Shown: piece by piece, positions 43,230-63,719 of the stretch
How positions within the stretch are numbered: the stretch's first letter is position 1
Layout: every line of letters starts with the position of its first letter
NCBI RefSeq assembly: GCF_009914755.1
Contig: NC_060945.1
Reading direction: 5' to 3' (one strand)
From: the human T2T-CHM13v2.0 reference genome, Homo sapiens
Length of the DNA stretch: 64,000 bases
Notes under the pieces: model-generated
Seen by the model: only the letters and a program-made list of their open reading frames with translations
What the model was told of the DNA's origin: nothing
The model's database searches: none
Translations under genes and position numbers: made by a program

Positions 43230-45434
43230 TGCTCATATAACAAATATGCCTTGAGCACCTAACATATGGCAGGTACTGTGCAAAGCACTAAGATACAAGA
43301 GACAGCAGAAAAGAACAGGGAAGAAACAGAAAGAGAGGCAGGAGGGTGTCTGGAATTTTTTTCTTTCAGGGGAGTACTAGAGATGAGAGAAGAGTAATAA
43401 GCCCATTCAGAGAGATGCTGAGTTAAAGAGAAAGCTGATGAGCAGAAGAAACTAGAGAAAACTAATTCAAGAAAATGATCAAATCTAGCCATGCGTCTAC
43501 ATAAATATACTTCCTTTTCCCCCATCGTTTAAATCAAAATCCCTCTTACCTGGTCGTTCCCTCTTCCTCTCCCCACTCCTCCCATATCCTCAAAGCTGCC
43601 ATCACCTACAACAGCTCCCTCTGGAAGCAGCAGCATCCTCTCTTCTCACTCAAGCACAGCCCCAACCAAGGTCACCAGAAGCCCCACCCCCACCACATCT
43701 GTCACTCTAAATGGCCTTTCCCCTCCTTGGTATCTGGGTAGCCCCTGAAACCACCAGCCATGCCCTTGTTGGGGAAGCCTCTCATTTAAATTCTGTACCA
43801 ATTACAGAAAATTCCATGTAAGTTCCAGACCCAACTCGCTCAGTGCTTGGCGCTGTGAAGAATGCCAACACCGAGTATGGAACCCATTCCTCCCAAATGG
43901 CACAGCTGGTGTGCAGCGGGCAGGGGGCGATCCCATAAAACAGATACTGGGTGCTGGTAAGAAGAGGATGGGAAGCAACCACTGGGCAAACGATCAAAAA
44001 CTATCCACTACAGCATCCAAGTTTCCTTCCTGTAGCTTTGACAATTTCTTCCCAAACTTCCTCCGGCTCCCTTTCCTTCTCCCACCTCATATACCTACAT
44101 ATACGGAATATTCTGCATCTGTCCCTCCAAATGCCCATTGGAACTCTCAGCAACTTCACACATCTACTGGAATCCAGCACTCAGGACTAAAGGATCGGAT
44201 ATCCTCCCTCCCTGACTCCTCAAATTGACCTGAATCTCAAGGTGGAAGGAAGAGATGGACAGGAACAGGAGGGGCTGTGAAACTCAAGACTCCCTGGGAC
44301 AAGCTGACACTTGCTCTGGGTTCCCACCCATCACGCTGCTCCTGCAAAGAAGTTCATCCCATCAAACTGAAGGAAAACATCAGGTTCCCAGCAGGGGGAC
44401 AGATTGTTCCAAGGCAATATGGGATAAGACTTGGTTCCCAGAATTTATTTATTCAGCTTCTAGGACCAAAGCGACAACTAGCCAACTGATAATTTTGGAA
44501 TATATTTATAAAAGAAAAACAAATATTCGTTATTCCTCTGGGCCATTAAATTATTTTAAACAGATAATACCCTCCTTTAAAAAAAGATTAAATTTCTATT
44601 TTCAACCACTAAAAATGAAGTTTGGCATAGATTCAGTGATGAGGGGAAGCAGAGAGAAATTTAGCAAGAAATGGCAGAGAAAGGGTGAAATTTCTGGTCT
44701 TTACATTAGACACAGTGACTCAGATTCTTTAGTTTTTCACCTTGTACTAGAATTCTCTGTATGTTTTTTACACACAGCAGAGAAATATACCCACTTTTGA
44801 ACTCTTAATTTTGGCTCTTTATTCTTTACTACTAAATAATATTCTAAGAAACATCCAGTATGCGGTTGGCTTTCACAAACATTTCAGATAAATAAAACAT
44901 CAGAAAGTCACTGTTTAATAGAAAAAAAAGTGATTTCCAATTACCACCAACATTCTAACAAACACAAACAGAGCAAAGCCATCTACCTCCAGGCAAATGT
45001 GGTGTTTGGGTACAAAAATGTACATGCATTTGTGCATGAATATGTATATATCTCCGTGTAGTATACACATATACATGTGTATGTTCAAGTAATAAAGACT
45101 AAACAATGGGCAAAATACCAGAATTATCAGAATCACTTTCAGTGGTAAGTAAATAACAATTATTTTCCCCTTCGTCCACCTTTTCTGTTTTTTCAAACTT
45201 CCCACCATGTTCATTCATATATAGAAAAGGAAAAATCAACAACTTTATTTTTTATCACACATATGAAGATGTATGTTCTTATAAGGTATGCTCATCTTCT
45301 TATATCAAAAAAGCCAGGCACTAAATAGAAACCTATACATCCTGTGCCACCAAAAAAACCCATAAATTGCAAAGTGAAGCTGAGTTTCTCTTTTTTTTAC
45401 TATATGCAAACCTGTTTATTAAGAGTAGAAAAAA

Positions 45435-45770
<336 letters not shown>

Positions 45771-46529
45771 CTATGTATATGCTTAAGGGCAAGCATTTCG
45801 TAAACGATACTGCCACATCCTACCCTTTGTTTTTTGAGATCTCTGGTTCTCTATTTCCTTAATTGTGCTTCCCCACATAGAGCTAAAATGAGTAGCATGA
45901 ACAGATGTATACATTCACACACGCATGTACACATGTGCACACTCACACACCATCCCTGATAAATGCATCTCAGTCTCTGACCATAACACCAATCACCAAG
46001 AACATGATTCTCCCCAAACCATAGGTGCTATCTCAGGCTCCTGGGCTCACTGTCTCGCACTCCACGGTATGCAGGGCACCCAGGTTTCCGTCTGCACCCT
46101 CTCCATTTCATGTTTCCACAGGGAAAGACATACAGTGTTTAAAGCAAACTCCTGATTATGCGTGCTAATGAAGGCAAACATTGGCACAGATGCGTGTTTG
46201 GCACGAGATTTCCCTAATTGCATTTTGCTTAGGCTACCATCAAAATTAGTTAGTGCTCCCCCAAACACACGCACAGCAGAGGGAGGAGGAGATGCCCACT
46301 GAAAGGACTTGTGGGTGATGGAGGGATGGCTAAACTGTGACATCGGCCTCAAATAAAAGAACCTTTTCCATACTCAGTGCCTACATGCTGACTAATGTCA
46401 TGTTCAACTGGTCTTTAAAGTGCAGAGGAAATCTAGAATGCCTTCTGTAATATCCTGGATGAATGGTAAGTGATGGAGCTCCAATCTAGAAAGCACAAAA
46501 TTTTAGGCAACTCCTTGCTCTGCTTCTGA

Positions 46530-47080
<551 letters not shown>

Positions 47081-47540
47081 TGACTACTCAACTCACTCAA
47101 GGTCTTCCTTAAAACACTGACCATGGAGCTGGCTCTAGTCCTCAAGGGCTGGAGTGCCCTCCTGAAAATTCAGTGGGATCAGGACACTATGCTCCCCTTA
47201 GCCCAAGAGTGGGCTCATTCATCTGCAGTGACTACATCACGCCTCTGACAGACACTGATGCCAAGCCAAACCCTTCTGTATATGTACAACAATTTATTCT
47301 TTTTGTCTCATTGTCCTCAAACTGTACAGGACATCACATTCCTGCTTTTTAAAGGTTATCTAGCAGGTTTCTGTCTGCCATCCTAGGCTACTAAGGGTAT
47401 TTAGACTTTGTACTGAAGATCCCGCAGGGGTCTTCTTGGATACCACATCTCCCATCCAGATGCGATATCCAGTTCAGAAACAGTCAGCAGCTACATTTTT
47501 CACTGTGTCCATTGAGGAATAAGAAAAAAAAAAAAAAGTG

Positions 47541-47842
<302 letters not shown>

Positions 47843-48378
47843 AGTCATTAAAAGCTGCAGGAGAGAGAATGACATAAATAAGAAGAAACAAGATAAGCCA
47901 AAAGAGCCACAGAGCCCAGAATCCTGGGGGCCTCACCATCCAGCACAATCCCTAGATAGGTAACATTACTGTTCATGTTAGCCAGGAGGCACCTTATGTC
48001 TTCAAAAAAAATTAACACCAACCTCCTTTAAAAAAAATTCACATGATCTTGGCTTGATGTATGTTATTTGCAAACAGGAGTCCTATCTAACATAGAAACT
48101 ATTCTGGTAGAAAAAGTCAGTGTCCCACATAAAGTACCTTGCCAATTTCTATTAAGGTATTGGGCAGTCTGTCCTACCAGTGTGATTCACTAATTAACTT
48201 TCTTTGGTACGTTCCAGCCTGCTTCAAATCCGCAAGGATCCCTGCTCTCCAAAGGGCATTTTAGTATCTTAACCCTCAAGGCTTTTAACCATTTTACTCC
48301 CATTTCTACTTGGCTTCCCTGATTCCCTGAAGACAATCTTTTTCCCACTCATACTCGCTGCCACACAATTTGGCCAAG

Positions 48379-49060
<682 letters not shown>

Positions 49061-49224
49061 CAGTGACATTAATGAAATAACATCAATGAATAATTTCTGC
49101 TTCCAAAAACACTGCACTGTGCCCTAGCCAAAGAATCACCCAAGGTTGGACTCTAGGCAAGTTATAAGTAACTCTAGACTCCAAATGGATAATAGAAGAC
49201 CCAGTCCTTAAGAAAAAAAAAAAA

Positions 49225-50355
<1,131 letters not shown>

Positions 50356-50856
50356 AAATCCATCAGAGGATAATTAATCTATTACCACAGTATAAAGAAA
50401 AGGAATAGACTCAATACCCTACTTTTTTTAGTTCATTAAAATGTGGGTCAAAATCCTAAATTTAACATATCCACAATGTTCATAAAGCAGTTTATATAGT
50501 TAATTCCATATAATTTGCATTGTACCGGATCGGTTAGGGACAGGGGCTTTAGAATAAAACTAGGTTTAAGTCCCAACCCCTTCACTCACATGTTGAATGA
50601 CCTGGGATCCTCCCCCAAGCCCCAGCTTCTCTATAGGTAAAATGAGGAAAATAATAGTGCTTCTTTCACCGATGAGTGAGTACCTGACACAGTGCAGCAC
50701 TCAAACAGTAACTTTATAAGTAAATAAATAACAACAACAAAACCAAGTACTTGTGTGCAATATACTAAACCTTGCTAGAAGACACAGATAATACAGTCCC
50801 TTTCTTCTATTAGATTATGACACCAAGCTGACTGTTTAGTGCTGCAATAATAAGAA

Positions 50857-51734
<878 letters not shown>

Positions 51735-52618
51735 AAGACCAATAAAGCATTATGAGGAGAGACTTGTGCAGAAGACATTTAAACTGGGTCAAGCAGAAAT
51801 TCTTGAATTAGAGAATGAAAAGAGGGAAGGAAAGGAACAAAATGATAAGCACATCTCCCATGCAATATGCTTTTGCTAACTCTTATCCAAACACCAGAGA
51901 CCTCTGGGGCTAGATGTTTGAACGCTTATCAGTGCACTGTATATCCGTATGAAAAACCACAAGGTAACTAGAAACCATTGGCTAAAATCATAGGTGACAA
52001 AAGGCATGACTTGAGATTTACGCCGTGTCTAGAACATAAGGGCAGAAGAAAATAAAAAGCAGACAGATTAATTGTGTATTTTGACCAAGGTACAAGGATC
52101 AAATAGATACATTTCAATTTCCAATTTCCACATTTCTGATCATTAGCTACCACACTCCTATGTATCTCATGAAAGAAAGCAAGAAATGAATTATCTCAGA
52201 GCCAAACAACCTCCTGACAACTCTTTGATCTGTTTTTTTCCGAAAGACTGACTACCTCCAATGACACTGCTCTCTGAAAAGGCAATTAATGAGACGGATG
52301 TAGCACACTGAATGAGAGGATTGAAGTACCTATGCTTTTTCTTTTGACAGTTTATAAAACAGATTTTTTTAACATGTCAGTCAATTGGTGATATTTTAAA
52401 TGAGATCACAAAAGTCAAGGTCTTTGCTACAAAAAACACGGCAAACAAACTAAAAAAATTAATGAAAGCATGTGATTCTAGTGTGAAACAACGACCCATG
52501 TGTCATTATTGGTTCAAGAAGTATGCTTTTATGCCTTCAATATGGAAAAGTAATCAATTTCACCTTGGCGAATTACCATTATGCACTTAGGTTTAAACTA
52601 GATGTCTCAATATTATCA

Positions 52619-52987
<369 letters not shown>

Positions 52988-54007
52988 TTAATCCCAGCCC
53001 TGTCATGATCTAAACATACAGTGATTCTCTGAGTGCCAGGGGCCACTAAGCATTACAAGGATTGTGCAAAATGATGTTCATTGAATACCTATTATGTACC
53101 CGACCCTAGGCTATATCCCACTCCCCAGGAACTCAAAAGTTGGTAGGATGAGTCCTTTCCCAGGCACCTCTTCACACTTCAACAGTTCTTTCACTCAACC
53201 TTACAAACAGGCTCAAAATGGGCTTTCAGAGATTCGCCAAACTGATACTGGCTTGTCCACCAACACTGTACACCTATCTCTTTCAGGCTGTCATTTCCAC
53301 GGACAATTCCTGACATGCCTTGGGAAAGAAAACCTCCTGTATCTACATGGGACTACAGGTATCACATCGTATATATGTATCTCCATACCTTGTATCTATC
53401 TACTACATAAGGTTACACACCAACAGGACGTGTCCATGTAAACAAGGTAGGCATGAGAAATGAAAAGCGAGCTCATTACAGTATGTGGGGCACTCGATTT
53501 CTTTAAGACCAGCTTCATTTGCTGTGATTTTCCACTTTCCAGAGTGAAAACCTGGAACGGAAAATGAAACGATGTTTCCAAGGTTATGCTGCAAATCATC
53601 AGAACAATCTGGGCCAATGGACAGGTTTCTAGATCTGACAGCTGCTCCTCTATCTGCTGGGACCTGCTGTTTCCAAATTATCATATGCAATCGAGCACCT
53701 CAGGAGCAATGCAAATTGCTAAAATCTAAGTAGAGCAGGTGAAGACATTTGCTGGCTGACGACCATATTCTTGTAACGCACTCTGGGGCCACATATCCTG
53801 TGGTGTTCATAGATGCACTTCCAGTCTCAAGCAGGGGACTGGGCACCTCGTAAGTTTAATGAACAAATAAGGCAATTAAGATACTCAAGGAAATATATAA
53901 CATCTGAAGAGGATGGAAATAGAAGTAATCAAGCAAACACATCATCAAATGAAAAAAAAAATGTCAAAGATCAAGGGGGAAGATACCCAAATTAAAAATG
54001 TTTTCCC

Positions 54008-54350
<343 letters not shown>

Positions 54351-54766
54351 TTAAATTTAAAAACCAGAATCTACAAAATATCTTACCTTAAGTCCCACAA
54401 ATAGGTCAAGAGCTGTCAGTGGAGACCCAAGAGGGTTGCACAGAAGGGCTACACATACCACTAATGGAACAGGAAACCATTTTTAGTGGTACATGGAAAA
54501 CCATGTTTCATCTTTACAGTTATAACTATTTTTCAATGTGTATTAAAAAATGTATTAGTAGCACATTAAGCCCATGACATCAGGACTAGGTAAAGTAACC
54601 TCACACCCACACAAGCACACACACACACTGATATGATTTGAATGCTGTCCCCTCTAAATCCTTTGTTGAAATGGAATCCCCACTGTTGGAGGTGGGGGCT
54701 AGTGGGAGGTGTTTGGGTCATAGGAGATGCCACATGGCTTCATGCTGTCTTTTTTTGTGTGTGTGA

Positions 54767-54976
<210 letters not shown>

Positions 54977-55459
54977 TAGTGTGTTCTTTATAGATAGATA
55001 GATATAGATTTTTAAAAAACAGACTTTATGAGGTTAATGACTATTATCAACCATCATAAAATAGAATGGGACTTTCAAAATCATACAAGCCACAAGGCTG
55101 TGGGCTGCTACGAAAGAAGGGTGGGGTCAAGGGTCCCAAGGCATTTTGGGGTGCGAGATGCAGGGAGAGCCTGAGAGTCACCCAGTGTCTGTAGGGACGG
55201 TTGGGTCAAGGCAATAAGCTAGGATCTGTACAAGTGAAACATTCATCAGAATGTGACCCACCCTGAAATAGGAGGGAGGAAAATCTTTAAGAGTTTCACA
55301 GGTAAGGTCCCAAAACTACAAAATAATAAGGGGGTAATGTATATTCCTCACCCAGTCTTGGCATCAATTTGTGCTTTAAAAAATATACTGCACTGGAAGA
55401 TTTAAAAAAAAAAAAAAATGTACCCTACACCAGCTGTTTAAAACGTAAATCTTATGAAC

Positions 55460-55680
55460 AAATATGTATATATAATAAATTTTAATAATATTTAATTTAA
55501 AATTAAAATGTTTAATATATTATATATTTATATATAATACATATTGATTATATATTAATTATATTAGTTAATATAATTATATTAGTTAATATAATTAATA
55601 TATTAATTGATAATATATTAATGTTATTTATACTGGTATTAATATATTATATATAATATATATAATAAACATTTTAAACA
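55460..55680. repeat. AT-rich low-complexity imperfect palindrome
   Basis: Over 90% AT; ttaaaatgttta (55503) and its reverse complement taaacattttaa (55667). Confidence 0.85.
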
Positions 55681-56881
55681 AATAACTGTATTGTGCCTAT
55701 GCAGAAATGAACCAAAATTAAACTCTAAGAGAATTAACTTCAAGGTCAAAGCAAGGACGAAGGTGGTGGCAGATGCTGGGGTATGCTATGTGGAGGGGCT
55801 GCCAGGGACAGGGCATCCCTCTCCTGCCAGCAGCCTGCGCCAGCTATCTCGAGGCTCTGAGAGGGGCTGTGATGAAATGGGGCTGTTTCCCTGGGCCCGC
55901 AGCCCTGGCACGGGTGCTGAGCAGAGACTTGTGTTGGCTTCTGTGAGGCTCAACTCTGCTCCTGGTCTCCCCTATCCTGCCCTGCCCCTGGCTTCTCAGG
56001 GAATGGAGACCCACTCACCCTCCCTTCTTGGTTCTGGGGGTCCCCTGGCATGCCCAGAGCTTCTGAGGATGCACTTGGGAAATCTCACCTAGAAAAGCAA
56101 AAGCAAAATCAAACCCACACCAAAAGACCCATAGAAGATTAAAGAAATGCAACCACGTGCAAAGGTGTCTAAGCCCAAGAGGTAAGTGGCTACCTGGAGA
56201 CATGGAGGAACTGCCGCAGCCCTTCCAGATGGGCCGCTAAGACACCCATATTGCATGTGAGGCTATTTCTCCCTGAGGGGACTACTTGGGAACTCGGAGC
56301 AGAGACCCCTGCAAACTGCAGGGCAAGGGACCCAAAGACATCCTTGTGCCTGTGCAAGTGTCCAACATGTGCCACAGGTATGGCCCAGGGAGGACAGGCC
56401 AGGTACATACATCTTAGGGAGGGCACGGGTGGAAGGAAAGTAACAGCCAGAGAGAGGTGACTGAAACAAGGTTTTGCTTCAAGAGGGAATCCATAAATGG
56501 CTTTTGCTATTGTTAAAAGAATAACTACAGGATACAGGGGCACTGACAGCCGGAATGGATGCTGGGAGCTTATTTGCCTGCGGAAGGTCCTTGGTTTCTG
56601 CCTTGGTGTCCAGGGTGTTTTTGACGTCCTGAGCTTTATCTGCTCCGGCATGGCCCCGCTGGGCTGGGCACCCATGGCCTGGCACCAGCCCTTGTCTAAG
56701 CACCTCTTAGAACTTCTGGTATCTGCTCTCTTAGCTGTGGCACCACCTGCCAGACCCACCACCCTGGGCCCCCCAGGTGGCTACAGCCTTCTCTTTTCCC
56801 AGAGATGTGGGGAGCCCCCGTCCCACCCCGAGAGCAGACTGAAGCTCAATACAGGGCTTTTGTTTGTAGAAGCTTATTCTC

Positions 56882-57198
<317 letters not shown>

Positions 57199-57896
57199 TG
57201 TCTTTTTTCAAGGAGAGGCTGTATATGGATGGTGTGCAGGGACACTGTCTTCTGACGATGTTGGGAAGGGGAAAAGAGGAATCAGTCCTTGTCCCACGGA
57301 GGTAGCCAGCAAGGATGAAGGGGAAGACCAAGGACTTCTCTCTACGGCTGCGGACGCTGGTCCAAGGCACAGGGTGCCAGCCCCAGTGGTGGGCGGCTCT
57401 GTAAGTTGGTGCCAGGTGGCCGTGCATAGTGGCCCGTGGTGAGCGTCACTTGGGGAGGAGGTGGGCCTGGAGGGAAGCCGGCAGCAGCAGTGTGTGGGTC
57501 TCTCCCAGGCGCACCTTCCCCAGGGGCAGGTGCATGGAGTGAAGTCGCCTCCTCCCAGTGGCCCTGATGAGGAGGCCTAGAGCCTGGTTCCTGCTGCAAG
57601 CACGCAGGCTGCCCGAGCACGACTTCTGTGACACAATGGTGAGTTCTCATGAGATCTGGTTGTTTAAAAGTGTGTGGCACCTTCTCTCACTCTGTTGCTC
57701 AGGCTTTCACCATGTGACATGCCTGTTCCCGCTTCACTCTCCGTCACAATTATAGGTTTCCTGAGGCCTCCCTAGAAGCCTAGCAGACGCCGCAAAAAGC
57801 TTCTTGTGCTGTCTGCAAAACAACGAGCCAATTAAAGCCCTTTTCTTAATAAATTACCCAGTCTTAGGTATTTCTTTATCCAACGCAAGAAGACCC

Positions 57897-57898
<2 letters not shown>

Positions 57899-57945
<47 letters not shown>
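57899..57945 (+). repeat. (AC)n microsatellite at the LTR end
   Basis: About 23 AC units. Confidence 0.95.
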
Positions 57946-57946
<1 letters not shown>

Positions 57947-58031
57947 CCTCTTACGTGAATACGGTGAATCTGATAAAGAAGGGTACAAATGCCAGAAGTT
58001 GATCTCCAAGATGCAGGGGACAGGGTGGTCA

Positions 58032-58362
<331 letters not shown>

Positions 58363-58635
58363 ACAGAGAAAGTGGAGGGAGCCAGGAGGCTGGATGTTAA
58401 GCCCTGCTGCTTATGTTTTTATGCCTCAATTTCTTCATCTGTAAAATGGGGATAATAATTGAATCTACATCACAGAGTTCATATGAGAATTGAAGAAATT
58501 AAAATAGTAAGCACTCAGCAAAAGCATTACCTATCACTATAATTTAACACAAATTTAAGGTAAAAGCAAGAAGACAAGGGGAAAGAAGGGGCAACCACGG
58601 GCTGCCAGCAGCAAGAAGCACTGGCTCTGCTAAGC

Positions 58636-59275
58636 CAGGGTTCAGAAAACTTTCTCTGCAAAGGGCCGGATGGTAAATATTTCAGGCCTTCCTGGCCATA
58701 AGGTCTGTGTCACACGCACTCAACTCCACCACTGGCACATGAAACGAGCCACGGGTAATACATACGTGAATGGGTGTGGCTACATTCCAATAAAATTTTA
58801 TTCGTGGATGCTGACATTTGAATTTCATATAACTTTCCCATATCACAAAGTATTCTTCTTATGATGTTTTTCCCAACCATTTATTTTATTATTTTTATTT
58901 TATTTTATTTTATTTTATTGAGATGGAGGCTCTCTGTGTCACCCAGGCTGGAGTGCAGTGGCACGATCTCAGCTTACTGCAACCTCCGCCTCCCGGGTCC
59001 AAGCAATTCTCAGCCTCCCGAGTAGCTGTGATTACAGGTGCCTTCCACCACACCCAGCTAATTTTAGTATTTTTAGTAGAGACAGGGTTTCGCCATGTTG
59101 GCCAGGCTGGTCTGGAACTCCTGACCCCAGGTGATCTGCCTGCCTCGGCCTCCCAAAGTGCTAGGATTACAGGCGAGAGCCACCGCCCCCAGGCTTCCCA
59201 ACCATTTAAAACCATAAAGTCTATTCTTAGCCTAAGCAACAAAACAAGGCAGTGGCCGGCTAGGTTGCTGAGCCA
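58636..59275. mobile_element. MER58-type hAT element interrupted by an Alu (58880-59194, minus)
   Basis: aagggccggatggtaaatatttcaggc; Alu TSD ttcccaaccattta. Confidence 0.75.
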
Positions 59276-61018
59276 CATGCTACAACACACTAGGCATACA
59301 CAGGCTGCCCAACTACATTTATATTCATTTGAACAGACTGGTCGGCTAGACAATCAAAGTCCCATGCGTTGGATACTACCATTTAATCTCTTATTTTCAA
59401 CCTCTAGAGAGAGAAAGATTTTAACCAATATTTGATGAACTGTCTAACCTACTTAGTGAGAACAAGCTTCAATTTATCTATCTTAGCCCTGGTATTTTTC
59501 TATATAAATCAATTCCTAAAGCACATATTTATAACTATAAATGTCAAGCCTCCACTCTGAGTTTTGGGCTCTTCATTCTGCACTCCACCACACATTATGT
59601 CCAACATGACAAATTTATTTCATTACATTCAGTAATCAGGAATATTTCCAGTGGTGGGAAAAAGCCTTGGAACATATCACTTTTCAGTATGGCTTCCTCA
59701 TTTTAAAGATATATTTTTAAAAAATCTATTAAGAGGAATTTTTTAGAAAGCACAAAGACTTTCTTAAGCAAGAATGAGGGAACGTGAGAGATTTTTGGAG
59801 AATTTATACTTACTCATTCCTCAGTACCCACTTTGTGGATGCAGTATTATGGACATAATGTTTTCAGTTTTGATTAAATAATTAATGATGTAAAAACAAG
59901 GTATTATTTAGATTCTCTCCAATCACCAGGAGAACAGAACCTCAGGACTCCAACTTTCTTGTTTTTCTATATTCTCTAAAGCAATTTGAGAATCTCACTA
60001 ATGGACAAGTTGTAAAACTTTTGTATTACTGTTATCAAAAATGACAAGTGATTTACCAGTATACACGTTCACTTCACTATTGTACCCTTTAAGATAATAT
60101 CTTCCAATTTAAACTTGATCTTGGCTTTGCCTTTTCCTATGTATTGAAATTACATTAGCTCTTCTCATCAGCATCCCCCCGAAAGTAAGAATTAAGAATG
60201 CAGGAGCACCTATACAATCACAGATGTTATGAGCAGGAAGAAGGTCATCAGACAAGATTCCAGGAGGTGAAACATTGTATCAGCTCAGAAGAGAACCATG
60301 ATCCGTGCAACCAAAGACTGAAATTTTTAAGCAAAACTTCATTATGGTTCTTGAAAAGTAAAGTCTAAAAACAACAACAAACCACCTTGTATAAATGTAT
60401 ATTTTGCTGTTTGATCGAGCCCAGAGCTTTTTAAATGAACCTATGCCAGGAAACACTGATGTTCACCCATTAAAAACAACTTTTTAATTGCATGCTGCTG
60501 AATTCTAATACATTCCAAATGGAGGCTCCTCATTCTCCTTTCTTCATGCAGAAAGTGACGACTAGCTTTTCCAGGATCAAAACCAGACCAGTATTCAAAG
60601 ATTCGTAGTAGGACCTGGGCACGCACATCAAAGGGACTTCTCTGGCCTTCTACCAGCCACGCCTCTTCTTAAAGGCAGACAGGCAGATACCTTTCTAGAT
60701 GATACCAGGGCACCCTGGACCCAATGCCCACGTCCAGGCCTTCTAGGGGCTCTTTCTTAGTTCTGACCTGGCAAGGTAGAGGACGATGCTACGTGTGCAC
60801 TCATAGGCCCGAGGGCAGCTCTTGGTGGGGATTTTAAAGGGGGCTTCTTTGTGTACGCTGTTGTGTCCATAAAACCTTTCATTGTCCAAGATGGAGCCAG
60901 GGGTGGGAGGATAAGGAAAGGTCATGGCTGGGGCTGGCTTTTCCCTACCTTACGTTCCCACATGGTATTCCAAGGAGTCTGACAATTGTAACTCTGAATC
61001 CAGCTTTCCAAGTCGTTA

Positions 61019-61346
<328 letters not shown>

Positions 61347-61526
61347 TCAAGGTGGGAGAATATATTTTATTTTACAATTTGTTACCTGGACTTACAACTT
61401 TTACATATCCAGACAAAGGTTATATGTGCCTCCATTTGTATTCTTGCCCGCAGGCCTGCTTCCTTCCACCAAAAAGAGACCATGAATACCTAACTTTTTT
61501 TAAAATTAAAAGCTGCTAGACATATA

Positions 61527-62279
<753 letters not shown>

Positions 62280-62301
62280 GTCGAAAATGATCTTCAATAC
62301 C

Positions 62302-63004
<703 letters not shown>

Positions 63005-63719
63005 GTACTTTGCCAGAATTATTAAAAATGAAAAACGAATGCAACAGGCTGTCCACTGACGTCCACTTCTGAGGCTGCTTTTGAGGCATTACTATTCCAT
63101 GAGCTCAACACCACCCTGTCCTCCCCAGCAGCATCCTCTGCCTCTGCACCCAGAACACGCCCAAGAGACATGGAGGCTCCCAGAGCTGAATGCAGTCACA
63201 TCGAGCCTTATAAAACCTGTGTGTGTCCAAACTGCTGGATTCCACATGAATGTCGGGAATCCTCTCCACCACCACTGAGAACCATGGCTAAAGTATATCT
63301 GAATTTTTTAAGAGAAGAATTTCAGTACCTCCTTGGACTTCAGTTGTTTGTGAGGACTGCTAAATAGCCATTTTCTAAAGCTGAGAGTGTCTGTTTGAAT
63401 GTGGAGTATCATAAAAAGTCACTTAAGGAGTGGTTTTAATGGAAACAGAACCAGCACTCAGAATGCCCTAAATCTTTCCTGTCTTTACCACTGACTGTTA
63501 TACTATATAATAACCATATGGCCTGCATTTCCAGGAGAGTTCCAATTTCATGTATCTTATTACATTAAATTAATAAATAGGCTTATACTGATTCTTAAAG
63601 ATTTTCTTTTTTTAATATTTTCCAAATGTTATACAATAAAGCACGTTTTTTCATAATCAGAAACAAATAAATTTCATTTATATATTATGTGAATATACAT
63701 TTATATTTATATTCTGTGC

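Noticed and set aside
44255-44800. 181-aa plus-strand ORF
   Set aside because: No recognisable domain or exon structure; consistent with a chance ORF.
57446-57634. Functional SOCS-box micro-protein
   Set aside because: The track's start is not an ATG; the N-terminal BC-box half of the SOCS box is missing, many residues are substituted, and there is no promoter evidence.
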